In this document: positions 50,980-60,087 of the stretch, piece after piece
Position numbering within the stretch: the stretch's first letter is position 1
How the letters are laid out: each line of letters begins with the position of its first letter
Virus record (IMG/VR): IMGVR_UViG_3300043084_000165
Span: 1-64,000 of that record
Strand: one strand, 5' to 3'
Length of the DNA stretch: 64,000 nt
From: a virus
Taxonomy: Duplodnaviria; Caudoviricetes
Translations under genes and position numbers: made by a program
Notes under the pieces: generated by a model
Databases searched by the model: none
What the model saw: the letters and a program-made list of their open reading frames with translations, nothing else
Told to the model about the DNA's origin: nothing

Positions 50980-52404
50980 TTAACGGTCTGGGTGACGTCG
51001 TCGGTCGTCCCAAAACATTGTGATTCCGAGTTTGTTCGTGTACTTCTGCACAGACTCCTTTGAGATGTCTTGCATAAGTGGTGCGTAACAGTAGCAGTAT
51101 GTATTGAGTTGCTTGATATCCTTGTTGTTATCACATAGGTTGTGAATAGCCTTGTACATGTTCCAGTACTCAGAGTCGGGATCAGAGGTGAGCTTGTCTT
51201 TGTCTTTATCCATGAGTAAGTCAAGAACAGTAAATACTACACGATGCTTGTGCCATTTCTTATCATCCTCCTGAGCGTCTTTATATGCTTGCTCCAACCC
51301 CTCAAGATGCTTTTTGACATAACTTTCATAACCCTCCACTTTAGATTTGGTGGTAGAAGAGTCCTGATCAAGCAACTTAAAGGATCCACCGAAGCCTTTG
51401 GTTGGTTCATAATCATGCACATCATGTTCCTCGTTGAACTCTGCGAGCTTCTGTTCGCGTTCCGAGCGAGACTCGATCTTCAGGATGTCCTCAAGCTTTT
51501 CAAATTCCTTCTTGTCATCTGCGCTGAGACAACCCTTTAGCAAGCGTCTATAACGCTCAGAGAACTCAGGAACCTGCAAAATACGCATGTGCATCAGACC
51601 CAGGTGATTGTTATATTCTTTCTTATACTTTGCAATCATCTTCTTGTCAAACTCTGGGTCGTTGACTATATGTAACCATGACTGTGCACCTTCGATATCT
51701 TTATCATACAACATCTGTGCCCATTCCTGAGTGTAGGGGGTTTGCATAACCACAACCACATGCTTATAACCCATCTTTTTAACATAGGTTAAAAAGCGGG
51801 CCGCACAAACCCAGGTGTACTTTTTTGCGATGTCTGGTTTTTCAGCGAAGTGGTCCCATTCGTCGTAACGATATGGATAGTACTGGGAGCACTCAAGCGG
51901 TATGATACCGGGGTTGGAAATGCAGGCGCAGTCTGTAAACGCTCTATACCTGTCCAGGAAAAGATTCTTGCGGATCTTTGAGTCAACATATGGTTTTGAG
52001 TTAGAACACTCAAACACGGTCAACACATCACGCAGACGTTTATTTTCTGATAGACAGAACTCAGTCAGCGTCCAATAGTGCGGGTGCATGAGCTGGTATT
52101 CGGTCTCACCAATCAGTCCATCCAGGTCCCACTTATCACGGGGAATGACCTCTTCTGAGGCTTTGAGAATGGGTACGCAAACGTCTTTTGCATATGCGAT
52201 GATACCAGCACGTTTGTGGTCGCCGGTGATGTTATATTTACGTGTCAACTTTTCAAATCGTGACTTGAAATGTTTCGCCCACAGATACTTGTGCATGCCA
52301 ATCTTGTAATAAATGGCATTGTCAGAGGTGGGAGAGTCTGACGATTCATTTATTGAGTCTATGGAACTCGTGTGGTTCCATAGGTATTCCGAAATGTCGT
52401 ACAT
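50980..52404 (-). CDS. ArcS-like (DUF5591) domain protein
   Basis: FECSNSKPY.DS.IR and ISNPGIIPLE....YP..YD resemble archaeosine synthase PCS..KPY..S and TSP.G.VP.E....YP...YD; lies between folE2 and queE. Confidence 0.6.
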   Translation of the reverse strand: MYDISEYLWNHTSSIDSINESSDSPTSDNAIYYKIGMHKYLWAKHFKSRFEKLTRKYNITGDHKRAGIIAYAKDVCVPILKASEEVIPRDKWDLDGLIGETEYQLMHPHYWTLTEFCLSENKRLRDVLTVFECSNSKPYVDSKIRKNLFLDRYRAFTDCACISNPGIIPLECSQYYPYRYDEWDHFAEKPDIAKKYTWVCAARFLTYVKKMGYKHVVVVMQTPYTQEWAQMLYDKDIEGAQSWLHIVNDPEFDKKMIAKYKKEYNNHLGLMHMRILQVPEFSERYRRLLKGCLSADDKKEFEKLEDILKIESRSEREQKLAEFNEEHDVHDYEPTKGFGGSFKLLDQDSSTTKSKVEGYESYVKKHLEGLEQAYKDAQEDDKKWHKHRVVFTVLDLLMDKDKDKLTSDPDSEYWNMYKAIHNLCDNNKDIKQLNTYCYCYAPLMQDISKESVQKYTNKLGITMFWDDRRRHPDR

Positions 52405-52478
52405 TGTTATAGATATATATACAATAATAGAGCGAAGCTCCTGACGAACTTCGCTCTGTACTATAGATCTGATGCGGG

Positions 52479-53282
52479 TTACACCCCACGCTTGTCATTC
52501 CATATTCTGATGTGTAAGCGGTCGCAGAACCTCCAGCCGGTCCTGATGCATGCATTAACGGTTTCTTTGGATTTTGCTTCAAGCTGCTGGATGGTCGCAC
52601 CCTCAGGCATGAGCATGATGTGTTGATCCAGATGATCAATATCCCATTCGGCACGGGTCCCATACTTGTCGGTGAGTGTATCGTTCAAACGTGCTGCGAT
52701 ATCATAAATCTCACACAATGAATCTTCGCCTGAGTATACAAACTTGAGTTGATAGTCAGATTCAGCCTCGTGGATGATTGTTGCCAGAGCATCGAGGTTG
52801 ATGCGCTTTGACTTATGAGCCTCCTGACGAGCTTTGGGGATATCAGTTCCCTCAAAGTGGCAACTCGTTGAGAGCTTTGGAGATACTGACCAAAAGATCC
52901 CCTCCACCATCAGCTCGGGTTTGGGTGTAATGGTGCCGTTGGTCTCAATGGTGATGAAGTTATACATACCCTGGGCTCGCATACCGGCGATCAAATCAAT
53001 AAGAGAGTCCTGTTGACAAAGCGGCTCACCGCCAGTGATTACGATGTGACACATATCCGCTACTGTATCCTTTAACAACCCCTTAACCGCCTTGATGACC
53101 TCTTCAGTGGTCATGATCTTAGACTTCTCCGGGTTGATGGATGTATAAGGTGTGTCACACGTGGAGCCTCCCTGGAATGCGCAGCACAGGTTACATCCGT
53201 TCAATCGAATAAATACTGAGGGTGCACCTGTATACTTTCCCTCACCCTGAATGGTGGGACCGAAAATTTCGTTAATATTCAT
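52479..53282 (-). CDS. queE: 7-carboxy-7-deazaguanine synthase (radical SAM)
   Basis: EIFGPTIQGEG, CNLCC...CDT, ITGGEP, IETNGT, VSPK, RLH. Confidence 0.93.
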   Translation of the reverse strand: MNINEIFGPTIQGEGKYTGAPSVFIRLNGCNLCCAFQGGSTCDTPYTSINPEKSKIMTTEEVIKAVKGLLKDTVADMCHIVITGGEPLCQQDSLIDLIAGMRAQGMYNFITIETNGTITPKPELMVEGIFWSVSPKLSTSCHFEGTDIPKARQEAHKSKRINLDALATIIHEAESDYQLKFVYSGEDSLCEIYDIAARLNDTLTDKYGTRAEWDIDHLDQHIMLMPEGATIQQLEAKSKETVNACIRTGWRFCDRLHIRIWNDKRGV

Positions 53283-53284
53283 AA

Positions 53285-53893
53285 TTACTGTGCTTTGGGT
53301 AAAACAATCTGTTGTTTAATAGTCGGGTTGGTCACATTTGCACCATCACCAAAGAACATGTTATAGAGCCCCTTCGACCAGCTCTTCAGTACTCCTGTTG
53401 AGAATCCGATCTGCGGAATCCACAGGTCATTCCAAAGATGCTTCACATCATCCACATCGGCAGTGGCGCGACCAGTTGCAGTCTCATGAACTGTCACAGA
53501 CTTAACCTTCAGATCCGGATCCTCGCCATTGGCTGTTATGGTGTGTTCCATGATGAACTGAACCATGCGCAAGAAGAAGACTGACAACATCTCCGCAGAC
53601 GGGTTGAACGGAACCATCACCCAGCGATCATTATGATTTTGGAAGAACTTCACATACTCGTCCGAATCTGTTGAGCAGATCACATGACAGTGGTCAAAGG
53701 TATCAATAAACTCCTTGATAGTGCCTTTCATCAAGCCGAAATCATACAGCATCTCTGCATTGTCCAGCTTGCGACCCTCGAACGTGAGTTCAAGCTTATA
53801 TGAATGACCATGCACACTGTGCGAACAACGATCCGAAGTACAGTTGCGCACCACATGCGAACCTTCGAAGTTGAAAATTTTTGTTATCTCCAT
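53285..53893 (-). CDS. queD: 6-carboxy-5,6,7,8-tetrahydropterin synthase
   Basis: F..SH, C...HGHSY, DFG, FDH, PSAE, V.ET. Confidence 0.92.
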   Translation of the reverse strand: MEITKIFNFEGSHVVRNCTSDRCSHSVHGHSYKLELTFEGRKLDNAEMLYDFGLMKGTIKEFIDTFDHCHVICSTDSDEYVKFFQNHNDRWVMVPFNPSAEMLSVFFLRMVQFIMEHTITANGEDPDLKVKSVTVHETATGRATADVDDVKHLWNDLWIPQIGFSTGVLKSWSKGLYNMFFGDGANVTNPTIKQQIVLPKAQ

Positions 53894-53923
53894 GTCTTAA
53901 AAATTTATATGTAAGAATATATA

Positions 53924-54685
53924 TCATTGAGCATCAGGATTTAGCATTTCTTTCAGGCTTTTAGCCTCGCTAAAGTCCATTGTTACCCCCACACCAGTTA
54001 CTTTCTTTATATAACGCTCCGGAGTTGTCACCTCCTTGTTGTTCATGTCATATACCTGTACCGGCTTAGAACACTGGGTGAGCATGCAAATCGGGTTGTG
54101 GGTCACACAAAGTATAGTTTGGAACTTTTTTGCAATAGTTTCGTTCCAGGTCATCTGCATACGAATGTCCAGACCCTCATCAATCTCATCAATGATAATC
54201 AGCGGATACCAGGCCTCACCAGCGGCGATAGTCTTGTCGCGAATGTCAATAATCTTGCGGATGAAGCGCACGAACTGAATCATAGTGGATTCGCCGCGAG
54301 AGCGTCTCATGGCGATCATACCCCCACCACAGACTAAACCTCCTGCTGTTGCAGCGTTGATAAAACTTGTCGGATCATCTGCCTGTGCGTCAAAACTGAA
54401 GATGTGAGTGAAGGGGGTGTCAGTTTCAATGGTTATATCCTTGTCGCGAATGACCCACTGACCATCTTCAATGCGGTTGTCCACCATACCTTCAAAACTC
54501 TTTTGACGATCTTTGGCAAGCGAGTCATTAGTGGCGCGGAGCGCACGAAGAATTGTTGACTTTCCACAACCATTAGTGCCGGTGACATATGTGATACCGT
54601 CCTGCACAGGAATTGTAAAGGTTTCCCCTGCTTTGAACTTGCGGTAATCCTTATTGATTTTGACTGTGATCCTGTTTTCTAACAT
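53924..54685 (-). CDS. stand-alone ABC-type ATPase
   Basis: GTNGCGKST, signature-like SRGE, IIDEIDEGLD, VTH. Confidence 0.85.
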   Translation of the reverse strand: MLENRITVKINKDYRKFKAGETFTIPVQDGITYVTGTNGCGKSTILRALRATNDSLAKDRQKSFEGMVDNRIEDGQWVIRDKDITIETDTPFTHIFSFDAQADDPTSFINAATAGGLVCGGGMIAMRRSRGESTMIQFVRFIRKIIDIRDKTIAAGEAWYPLIIIDEIDEGLDIRMQMTWNETIAKKFQTILCVTHNPICMLTQCSKPVQVYDMNNKEVTTPERYIKKVTGVGVTMDFSEAKSLKEMLNPDAQ

Positions 54686-54690
54686 GACGT

Positions 54691-54903
54691 TTACGAATTT
54701 GCGCGGTTAACTAATTCTTCCTGGATTCCTGAGTCTACATCGGCCCAAAATGCTGCAGCAGCACCAATCATTCCCTCGGTTCTACAAAGACTCATCCATT
54801 TGAGCCATATGTATTCTGCTCTGTCACCGAAGAGGCTCTTGCACTCGTCTTCGCTCCATGTATTCCACATGTACTTGAGGTAGTTGTCTATAATCTTTCT
54901 CAT
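54691..54903 (-). CDS. hypothetical protein
   Basis: 70-aa ORF directly after the promoter motif. Confidence 0.65.
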   Translation of the reverse strand: MRKIIDNYLKYMWNTWSEDECKSLFGDRAEYIWLKWMSLCRTEGMIGAAAAFWADVDSGIQEELVNRANS

Positions 54904-54934
54904 AATGTTCTTGTATGCGCTTTAGTGCGCTCTC

Positions 54935-54968
54935 GAAGATATATAACAAAGGTAGACTATATATTTAG
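54935..54968 (-). promoter_or_regulatory. phage promoter motif
   Basis: GAAGATATATAACAAA...ATTTAG. Confidence 0.78.
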
Positions 54969-54985
54969 TGTTAGAATCAAAAATT

Positions 54986-55078
54986 TGCGCATTTATTTGC
55001 GCTATATGCGCATCAAATAAAAAAGGTGAAGACTTATATTGTCTCCACCTAGATCGCTCGTTAGAGCGCATTAAAATA
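54986..55078. repeat. dispersed palindromic intergenic repeat, copy E
   Basis: GCGCATTTATTTGCGCTATATGCGCATCAAATAAAAAAGGTGAAGACTTA...CACCTAGATCGCTCGTTAGAGCGCA. Confidence 0.85.
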
Positions 55079-55089
55079 TGTTATGTGAA

Positions 55090-55548
55090 TTACTGCGCTG
55101 CAAGTACCTGATTGAACAACGCTGCAATCTCCCCACCCTGCGCAAGAGGAAGTTTGTTGCGAACCGCTGTCATAAGCGCCTTCATATCTCGTTTAGACAG
55201 CACATAGTCCGGTTTGTCTGCAAGGTACTCCTCGATAGCCTCTGTGAGAGCATCACGAACCTCCTCGGTTGTGGGTCCCTTAGGAATGAACTGCTCCAGT
55301 ACCTCCAGTTCGGCGCGCTCAGCAGCGGCCAGATCTGCACGTCCTCCAGCTTCGTACTGTGTAATAGAGTCTTTGCGTTGTGCTGCCATCTTGAGCAGGA
55401 TCTTATTCTTAGTCTCCTGGTTGATGGTTGCTCCTGACTTCTCTGCGTTGACAAACTCACACTTGATGAGCTTATATATCTCCAGTTCAGGTGAACGCGC
55501 TTTAGTTGCCTGAATGATCAGGTTGTCAATATCTTGTTTTAGTGCCAT
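55090..55548 (-). CDS. GatB/YqeY-domain protein
   Basis: QRKDSI.QY..GGR.DLA..E..EL.VL..F.P, KRDM..LM. Confidence 0.88.
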   Translation of the reverse strand: MALKQDIDNLIIQATKARSPELEIYKLIKCEFVNAEKSGATINQETKNKILLKMAAQRKDSITQYEAGGRADLAAAERAELEVLEQFIPKGPTTEEVRDALTEAIEEYLADKPDYVLSKRDMKALMTAVRNKLPLAQGGEIAALFNQVLAAQ

Positions 55549-56407
55549 ATTCTCTAAATTTATTTACGTTACGAATGATTAAGTCTTTGGTTTTCTGCGA
55601 CAAGCGCTTAGTCATGAAGTCATCGATGATGATGTCCGGTTTGGTTGGCTCCTCTTCCAGCTCATAACCAGCAATTCCACACTTGACAGGATAACCAGTG
55701 TCGATGGTCTTTATGTAGTTCCCATATAACTTCTTTTCCATGGGACAATGTGAGCCCAGCAAGTGCACATGATGGAACTTCTTGAGCAACAACTCAGCCT
55801 GTTTAACGAAGCGAACTCGGCCCGCTGCATAACGCATATCATCTGTACCCCAAACATGACCACCATCATCAGCCATATTATTCACAAACATCTCCATGGC
55901 ATTGTTGTCGGGACACTGTTTATAGAATGAATTGTGAAATGGAATGGCTACGTATTTGAGTCTTTCATTGTAATACAACATCAGGCAATCAAACAATTCA
56001 TCGGCAGTGTTGCCCTGCGCTACAGCCAAAGGCTTCGGGATGTAATGGGCACTGAATGCAAACGAATGGATAATGTCTGAGAAATAATACTGGCTCAGGA
56101 ATTTGAACGTTTTATCAATTGTCTTATCCTTGTCCATGAGCACATCGGGAAGAATGAATAAGTCTGGTCGCAGGTCAATGATAGCATCCGCATATTCAGC
56201 TAAGTCCAGAGTCTCTCCTTTTACATAGAACTCATAAGCCGAGTTGTCAAAGATCATCAGGCGACCCGGATTCTCATGCCTCATCCTCTTGTAGTACTCA
56301 CGGTACTTAGGATACTGCTTATATAGGTGGAAAAGAACAAAATCATATTCATTGAGCTCCATGTTCATATCGAGCATGGTAAGCGGGAGTTCTGAGTTAA
56401 TCTTCAT
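55526..56407 (-). CDS. TGT-fold protein, candidate DpdA-like 7-deazaguanine DNA transglycosylase
   Basis: TIM-barrel motifs in TGT order: DNSAYE, PDVL, AVAQG, HLLG, IDTG; near the que genes. Confidence 0.55.
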   Translation of the reverse strand: MKINSELPLTMLDMNMELNEYDFVLFHLYKQYPKYREYYKRMRHENPGRLMIFDNSAYEFYVKGETLDLAEYADAIIDLRPDLFILPDVLMDKDKTIDKTFKFLSQYYFSDIIHSFAFSAHYIPKPLAVAQGNTADELFDCLMLYYNERLKYVAIPFHNSFYKQCPDNNAMEMFVNNMADDGGHVWGTDDMRYAAGRVRFVKQAELLLKKFHHVHLLGSHCPMEKKLYGNYIKTIDTGYPVKCGIAGYELEEEPTKPDIIIDDFMTKRLSQKTKDLIIRNVNKFREYGTKTRY

Positions 56408-56890
56408 TTACTTGCGTTGTTTATCGTTCTGAAACTGACCTTCATAGGTGTTCTCCACTGGAGCGGTCTCTGTGACAATTGCCTGAGCGATACGGGCACC
56501 CCGGTCGATGATTGTCGGACGAAGTACCTGCAAGAAACATCCTCCCTTCTCGGTCTGGAACCCTGCATCAAACTGACCTGAATGAACTAGCACTCCATTG
56601 CGTACTAGGGAGCTGCGAGTATGAAATCTCAGTGCTGCGTTGTTAGGCACTTTAATGCCTTCCATGAGTTCCGCCTCATAGTAACCAGGATCTAACAACC
56701 AGCTGCCATCTTTGGGCTCAATCTTGCTGGTTTCAGGAAGTGAAGTCTTGCCTTGTGCAGGGACATAACCCACACCCGACAATCTATATAGCGCACTAAT
56801 GCGCACATCTATACCTTGCTGCTGAACAGCATTCTCTGCATAGTTCGAAACAATTCCTGCCTCGACTATTTGTTTTCCGGTGTATTGCAT
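56408..56890 (-). CDS. trimeric dUTPase/dCTP deaminase family protein
   Basis: GIDVR, TRSSL.R.G, FDAGF, G.RIAQ, Y.GQFQ. Confidence 0.85.
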   Translation of the reverse strand: MQYTGKQIVEAGIVSNYAENAVQQQGIDVRISALYRLSGVGYVPAQGKTSLPETSKIEPKDGSWLLDPGYYEAELMEGIKVPNNAALRFHTRSSLVRNGVLVHSGQFDAGFQTEKGGCFLQVLRPTIIDRGARIAQAIVTETAPVENTYEGQFQNDKQRK

Positions 56891-57489
56891 TTGTTCAATT
56901 TTATTGTTTTAACTTCAATATTAAGATAGTCAAGAATCTCATCAGTTATAGCTACACAACAACCGCGCCATAAAATTTTCTTGTCAGGACCGAATGTTGG
57001 CACAAATACGACTTTGATATCATGACCATCCAGTTTTAATGTGGTTGATGTCGTTTTTTGAGATGCGCTCGCAATCTCACGACCCAATTGCCCTAGGATG
57101 TAATTGGCTGCATGTCTGAGGTTTACAGTGGGCACTATACGCACATAGCTGTCCTCACCATCCTCAAAAAAGAAGAAGTGTTCATGTGCTACACTGTCGG
57201 TGCCCCAACCGGGTTTCTTCTTGTCATAGTCACTATATAATTCCACCAACAAGTCGTCCCAGGGTTGTGAGCGAAACTTCTCAGAGATCATCCACTCGCC
57301 TGGCCAGCCCGTTGGGTTGCGTAACACTACATCCACATCATGTCGTTGAAGATTGCCACCATTATTCCAGTCGGGTCTGTAGATGACTTTGTTTGGGAAC
57401 AATTCTTTATATAGTGCATCTGCGCGTGGCCACCAGGTGCGTTCATACTTTAATCCTTCGTTAAATGTATTCATAATCTTACATGTCAA
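56866..57489 (-). CDS. hypothetical protein, possible PD-(D/E)xK nuclease
   Basis: Q..DVD...SEK.R and VEL......PGW pattern. Confidence 0.45.
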   Translation of the reverse strand: MTCKIMNTFNEGLKYERTWWPRADALYKELFPNKVIYRPDWNNGGNLQRHDVDVVLRNPTGWPGEWMISEKFRSQPWDDLLVELYSDYDKKKPGWGTDSVAHEHFFFFEDGEDSYVRIVPTVNLRHAANYILGQLGREIASASQKTTSTTLKLDGHDIKVVFVPTFGPDKKILWRGCCVAITDEILDYLNIEVKTIKLNKCNTPENK

Positions 57490-58429
57490 ATAAGTTTGCT
57501 TCTATGTGACCATCCCAGTTGAGGTCCTTCAGACCTACGTTGCTCAGGATTCGATTGATAGGGTCTAGTACACACTTTTGAAACATTGCCTTACGGTCAA
57601 TGGGTACGTACTGCTCGGCCCACTTGGGGAGCGCTGAGGGTTGGAATGTGAATATCACATCATTGTCGGTCTTCTTTTTCGGAGTGTTGGGCTTTACGAT
57701 GTAATATTTCATCTTACCATTGTACAGGGGTTCGCCTGGCAGACCTTTAGTTTGCCTCAACCAATTGTAAAAAGCAAGACCGCGCACCTGGAATGGACAC
57801 CCTTTCTTAACCACCACTCCCTGTAGAGGATCATCATCTGAGATTACATAGTCCATATAACCATTCACTGAAATGGCAGGTGATATATGGTCTATATCTG
57901 CTACCTCCCAGGCACGGCGCCCCTCTTGGCAGATTGCATTGAGCTCGTGGATGAGAGTGGGCGACTCAGACATCAGCAGGTGTTTAACCAGTTTTGTCAA
58001 CAAGTCGCGTGCGGGTGCTGGGAAGCTTGCCTTAACCATTTCCAAACCCTTGGTTTTAGACTTCAAGTGATCCTCATCGAAGTACTTACCATCCTTGAAG
58101 ATGAGCATCTGTGAATAACGCTTCTTGACATCCAACCGAATCTCTGAGTATGAAATAGTCTCCAGCTCGAATTCATGAACCATGTCCGTGTCTACGTTGC
58201 GTATATTTCTGCCACGATAGTACTCAGTCATGATCTCTTTATTATGACCATTCAAGAACTTCTCGCTGAGCGCTACTAATATCTTTGCCTTATCTGTAAT
58301 GGACATATTCTCAACTCCTTCAATGGTGTCCAACAAACCTTCGTAACAGAAATAAATAGAATCCGTATCCCCTGCCACCGGCTGAACCAGAATGGTTTTG
58401 TCTTTTATATATGTATTTTCAATTTCCAT
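57479..58429 (-). CDS. family B DNA polymerase, C-terminal subunit
   Basis: Motif C AGDTDS, KKRY, KTKGLE, thumb domain. Confidence 0.88.
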   Translation of the reverse strand: MEIENTYIKDKTILVQPVAGDTDSIYFCYEGLLDTIEGVENMSITDKAKILVALSEKFLNGHNKEIMTEYYRGRNIRNVDTDMVHEFELETISYSEIRLDVKKRYSQMLIFKDGKYFDEDHLKSKTKGLEMVKASFPAPARDLLTKLVKHLLMSESPTLIHELNAICQEGRRAWEVADIDHISPAISVNGYMDYVISDDDPLQGVVVKKGCPFQVRGLAFYNWLRQTKGLPGEPLYNGKMKYYIVKPNTPKKKTDNDVIFTFQPSALPKWAEQYVPIDRKAMFQKCVLDPINRILSNVGLKDLNWDGHIEANLFDM

Positions 58430-58467
58430 ATATCAATTTTGTTGGTTAATAATGTTTTAATATACCA

Positions 58468-60087
58468 TTATTCAGGTGCATGTTTAATATACAGCGTATG
58501 TTTGACATGTCCCGAATCCCATATCTTGTGATAGGGTAGTTCAGACATTATCTCAGCCTCCGTCCTGCTTATATCAAACCCCAACTGTGCCAGTCGAGTC
58601 TTGCAGAATGATGTTCTGTGATAACGCTGGTTGGTCTGTTTGTGGATGTACCAATAGGCTGGGGTTATTTTGTTATCAGTTTCAAAGCCCAACTTCTTAT
58701 ATACATCACCATTACTGATATCGTTTGAACTGAACGAAACTATTTTGTCTGGGTTGTGCTGTTTTATAAACATCTTTATAAATCGTGCTGCCAGGCCCAG
58801 GATCTGCCAGTTCAACAAAGTACAGAAGCGGGTCAGTTCCCAGCAATCATCATTCTTTCCGCCGGACAACTTAGAGCGCTTTGCAAAGCACATCACCCCC
58901 ACCAGCTCGTCTTTGTAGTATGCACCCAGGTGCACAGAGGATCTTGAAGCTCCCTGTAAGTGGTTGGCATTCAAGAAGTTATTGCAGTCTCGCGATGGAA
59001 TCTGTCTCAGTTTACATTGTCGTGCGCCGATGCGAACCTCATAAATGCCCAACTTGGACAGTATGACAGACTTAACTATATCAGGGTGATTTGCAAACTG
59101 ATCATCCCATATAGTCAACAACTGATACCCCACACTACGCGCCTCGATGTACTTATCCATATGATATTTATAAGGCTTGAGCGCCTCTGAGTGCCACCAG
59201 TCACCGTTACACTCAATAGCTATTTTGTACTGAGGCAGTACAATATCCAGGCCCTTGTGGGATGGTAGAATGGAGCGATCTTCACGAAGAAGAGTTTGCA
59301 CACCATGGGTTGCGAGCAGTTCTCTGATGGAGCGCTCCGTAAATGACATTTTGTTCTTACCAACTTGCAGTGGGTGTATGGTTGTACAGGGTTCTATATT
59401 GAATTTCTTTCGCGTATGATAGTGTTTGGGGTGGATTTTATAGGTTCGCTGCTCGCATTTGGTGCATTCGGAATGAGGGCATTTACGTATCTGATAATCA
59501 CCGTCCCAGCCGATCAAATCGGGGTCTGTACTGAGATCGCGCAGTATTTTAGAGATTTTTTTTCTAAACTCCGCGGTTTTTGTATGATGATCTACTCCGT
59601 ACTTCTCCAGTGAGTTAGTGCGACGCACATCCTGTACTTCTGCAGCCTGTGACGGATAATCCGTACCATAACGCTCATTATATATAGACTTCAGCTTAGA
59701 CTTAACCTCCTCTGCCTGGTATGGGTTGTCTACACCATAATGCTCCTGACATGTCCTGCGTGCAGCTTTTCGATTGTTATAGTTTATATCCCCATAACGC
59801 TCCATTTTAGTACGCTCAGCCTTACGGACACACTCTTTGTCTTTATAAGTACAGGCTGTCGAGCAATGTACATTATAACCATGTACAAAGTTGCGATAAG
59901 CCGTCGGCGCGCCACAAACAACACAGACATGAGGTTCGGGGTGTAGATATCTATACAGTTTCTCCGAAAAAGTCCCACCATCCAGGGACTCTATGTATTC
60001 ATAAAACTCCGGATAGCGGGCTTTGAAGAACTTTGGACTTGGCTTAGTCAATTTGCATAAACTTTCTTTATCAGGGAAATTTGTCAT
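58468..60087 (-). CDS. free-standing homing-type endonuclease, paralog 4, located between the polymerase halves
   Basis: CVVCG, ERYG repeats, LDI...IECNGDWWH, NHLQG, ELTRFC, IWDSG. Confidence 0.75.
   Translation of the reverse strand: MTNFPDKESLCKLTKPSPKFFKARYPEFYEYIESLDGGTFSEKLYRYLHPEPHVCVVCGAPTAYRNFVHGYNVHCSTACTYKDKECVRKAERTKMERYGDINYNNRKAARRTCQEHYGVDNPYQAEEVKSKLKSIYNERYGTDYPSQAAEVQDVRRTNSLEKYGVDHHTKTAEFRKKISKILRDLSTDPDLIGWDGDYQIRKCPHSECTKCEQRTYKIHPKHYHTRKKFNIEPCTTIHPLQVGKNKMSFTERSIRELLATHGVQTLLREDRSILPSHKGLDIVLPQYKIAIECNGDWWHSEALKPYKYHMDKYIEARSVGYQLLTIWDDQFANHPDIVKSVILSKLGIYEVRIGARQCKLRQIPSRDCNNFLNANHLQGASRSSVHLGAYYKDELVGVMCFAKRSKLSGGKNDDCWELTRFCTLLNWQILGLAARFIKMFIKQHNPDKIVSFSSNDISNGDVYKKLGFETDNKITPAYWYIHKQTNQRYHRTSFCKTRLAQLGFDISRTEAEIMSELPYHKIWDSGHVKHTLYIKHAPE

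Noticed and set aside
58430-60087. Group I intron or intein in the polymerase
   Set aside because: There is no non-coding space for a ribozyme core, and the insert has its own start and stop and lacks intein splice residues
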